Shown one piece after another: positions 63,211 through 64,000 of a stretch of DNA of 64,000 nucleotides. Under the pieces are notes generated by a model that had not been told where the DNA came from, searched no databases, and saw nothing but the letters and a program-made list of their open reading frames with translations. Each line of letters begins with the position of its first letter. The stretch's first letter is position 1. This DNA is from Betaproteobacteria bacterium (GTDB lineage: Bacteria > Pseudomonadota > Gammaproteobacteria > Burkholderiales > SHXO01). The position numbers were made by a program, and so were the translations under genes. Location of the stretch: contig SHXO01000002.1 in the NCBI GenBank assembly GCA_009693245.1, positions 6,280 through 70,279 on the forward strand. Direction: 5' to 3'.

Positions 63211-64000
63211 TCACCGCATCAGCAACTCCCGGTATCCCCCCGCCGCCACGTCATCGCACCACTTGCGGTAGTCCGGTGCGCTGCCGCTGTAGCGGACGAT
63301 GCGGCGCACTTGCTTGCCCTCCACGTTCTGGTTGATACCGGTCATCCAGGAGTCCACTTCATTTGCGAGCAGTCCCTGCGCTTTCTGGTGGACGAAGCTT
63401 GTCCATTGCGCCACGGCTTGCGGCCGGGCATCCACTTGCGTCAGACCATGCTCGTGCAGGTAGCCGATCAGGTTGGTCACCCAACCGGCGTTGTATTCGA
63501 TACTGCGGGGGATGTTGCCTAGCGCGGTGTGCGGCCCCATCACCATGAACAGGTTGGGAAAGTCCTCCACCATCACGCCGACGAAGGTTGACGGCCCGTC
63601 CTTCCACTTGTCTTTCAGCCGCCGCCCGCCGGTGCCTCGGATGTCGATGCGATCGAAGCTGCCGGTGATCGCATCGAATCCCGTGGCATGGATGATCATG
63701 TCGAATTCGAAGTGCGCATCGCTCGTCTTGATGCCCATCGCGGTCACGCACTCGATTGGCGTTTTTAGGATGCTCACTAGCTGAACGTTAGGCTGATTGT
63801 AGACTTCGTAGTAGTGCGTTTCCTGCGGCACTCTGCGTGTGCCGAACCCGTGGTCAGCCGGGATCAGCATTTCGGCGATTTTCGGATCCTTCACCCGCTG
63901 GCGGATTTTCTTCGCGACGAAATCGGAGATTAATTTGTTGGCCGCCAGGTCGGTGAGGATGTCGCGGAAATTCCCCAGCCAGATGCCAAAGCCGGGCGAG
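63211..64000 (-). CDS. Baeyer-Villiger / flavin-containing monooxygenase, C-terminal part (gene continues beyond window end)
   Basis: The frame stays open past track ORF 63211-63894 up to the window edge: ...PGFGIWLGNFRDILTDLAANKLISDFVAKKIRQRVKDPKIAEMLIPADHGFGTRRVPQETHYYEVYNQPNV...HATGFDA. These are BVMO-typical motifs. Confidence 0.88.
   Translation of the reverse strand, partial: SPGFGIWLGNFRDILTDLAANKLISDFVAKKIRQRVKDPKIAEMLIPADHGFGTRRVPQETHYYEVYNQPNVQLVSILKTPIECVTAMGIKTSDAHFEFDMIIHATGFDAITGSFDRIDIRGTGGRRLKDKWKDGPSTFVGVMVEDFPNLFMVMGPHTALGNIPRSIEYNAGWVTNLIGYLHEHGLTQVDARPQAVAQWTSFVHQKAQGLLANEVDSWMTGINQNVEGKQVRRIVRYSGSAPDYRKWCDDVAAGGYRELLMR

Overview
GC-rich proteobacterial chromosomal window with about 53 protein-coding genes and one intact tRNA-Phe. 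No rRNA, CRISPR array or intact mobile element is present. The synteny (pgk-gap, glmS-glmU, hemA-prfA-prmC-metH, argS-SPOR-dsbA-SDR, priA, CIRCE-groESL) together with the sulfur genes suggests a betaproteobacterial sulfur oxidiser; this is inference only. Most of the window is housekeeping. The notable content is as follows. (1) A methanethiol-oxidase cluster (mtoX-SCO1/senC-mauG-like) lies 1.6 kb from soxB and a flavocytochrome-c sulfide dehydrogenase pair. (2) Genes interrupted by single in-frame TAA/TAG codons or 1-nt frameshifts are unusually frequent, and the downstream frame still reads as recognisable protein. The affected genes are a beta-CASP RNase, a CHASE sensor kinase, usp, a D-aminoacylase-type amidohydrolase, a secreted hypothetical and a decayed integrase; vapC is truncated. 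(3) The kinase frameshift sits exactly inside a perfect 30-bp palindrome. (4) Upstream of tRNA-Phe there are collinear fragments of the tRNA 5' two-thirds interleaved with hairpins, and an integrase wreck lies downstream. (5) A relic copy of the glmS 3' end sits in the attTn7-equivalent position. (6) A 1.5-kb structured, repeat-rich non-coding tract lies in front of an orphan parA-like/TPR pair. (7) A tightly coupled five-gene operon of unknown role runs peptidase-DUF2214-amidase-secreted protein-NTF2-like. I see no clear complete novel defence or mobile system. All functional calls rest on motif and family recognition by eye, with no database searches.
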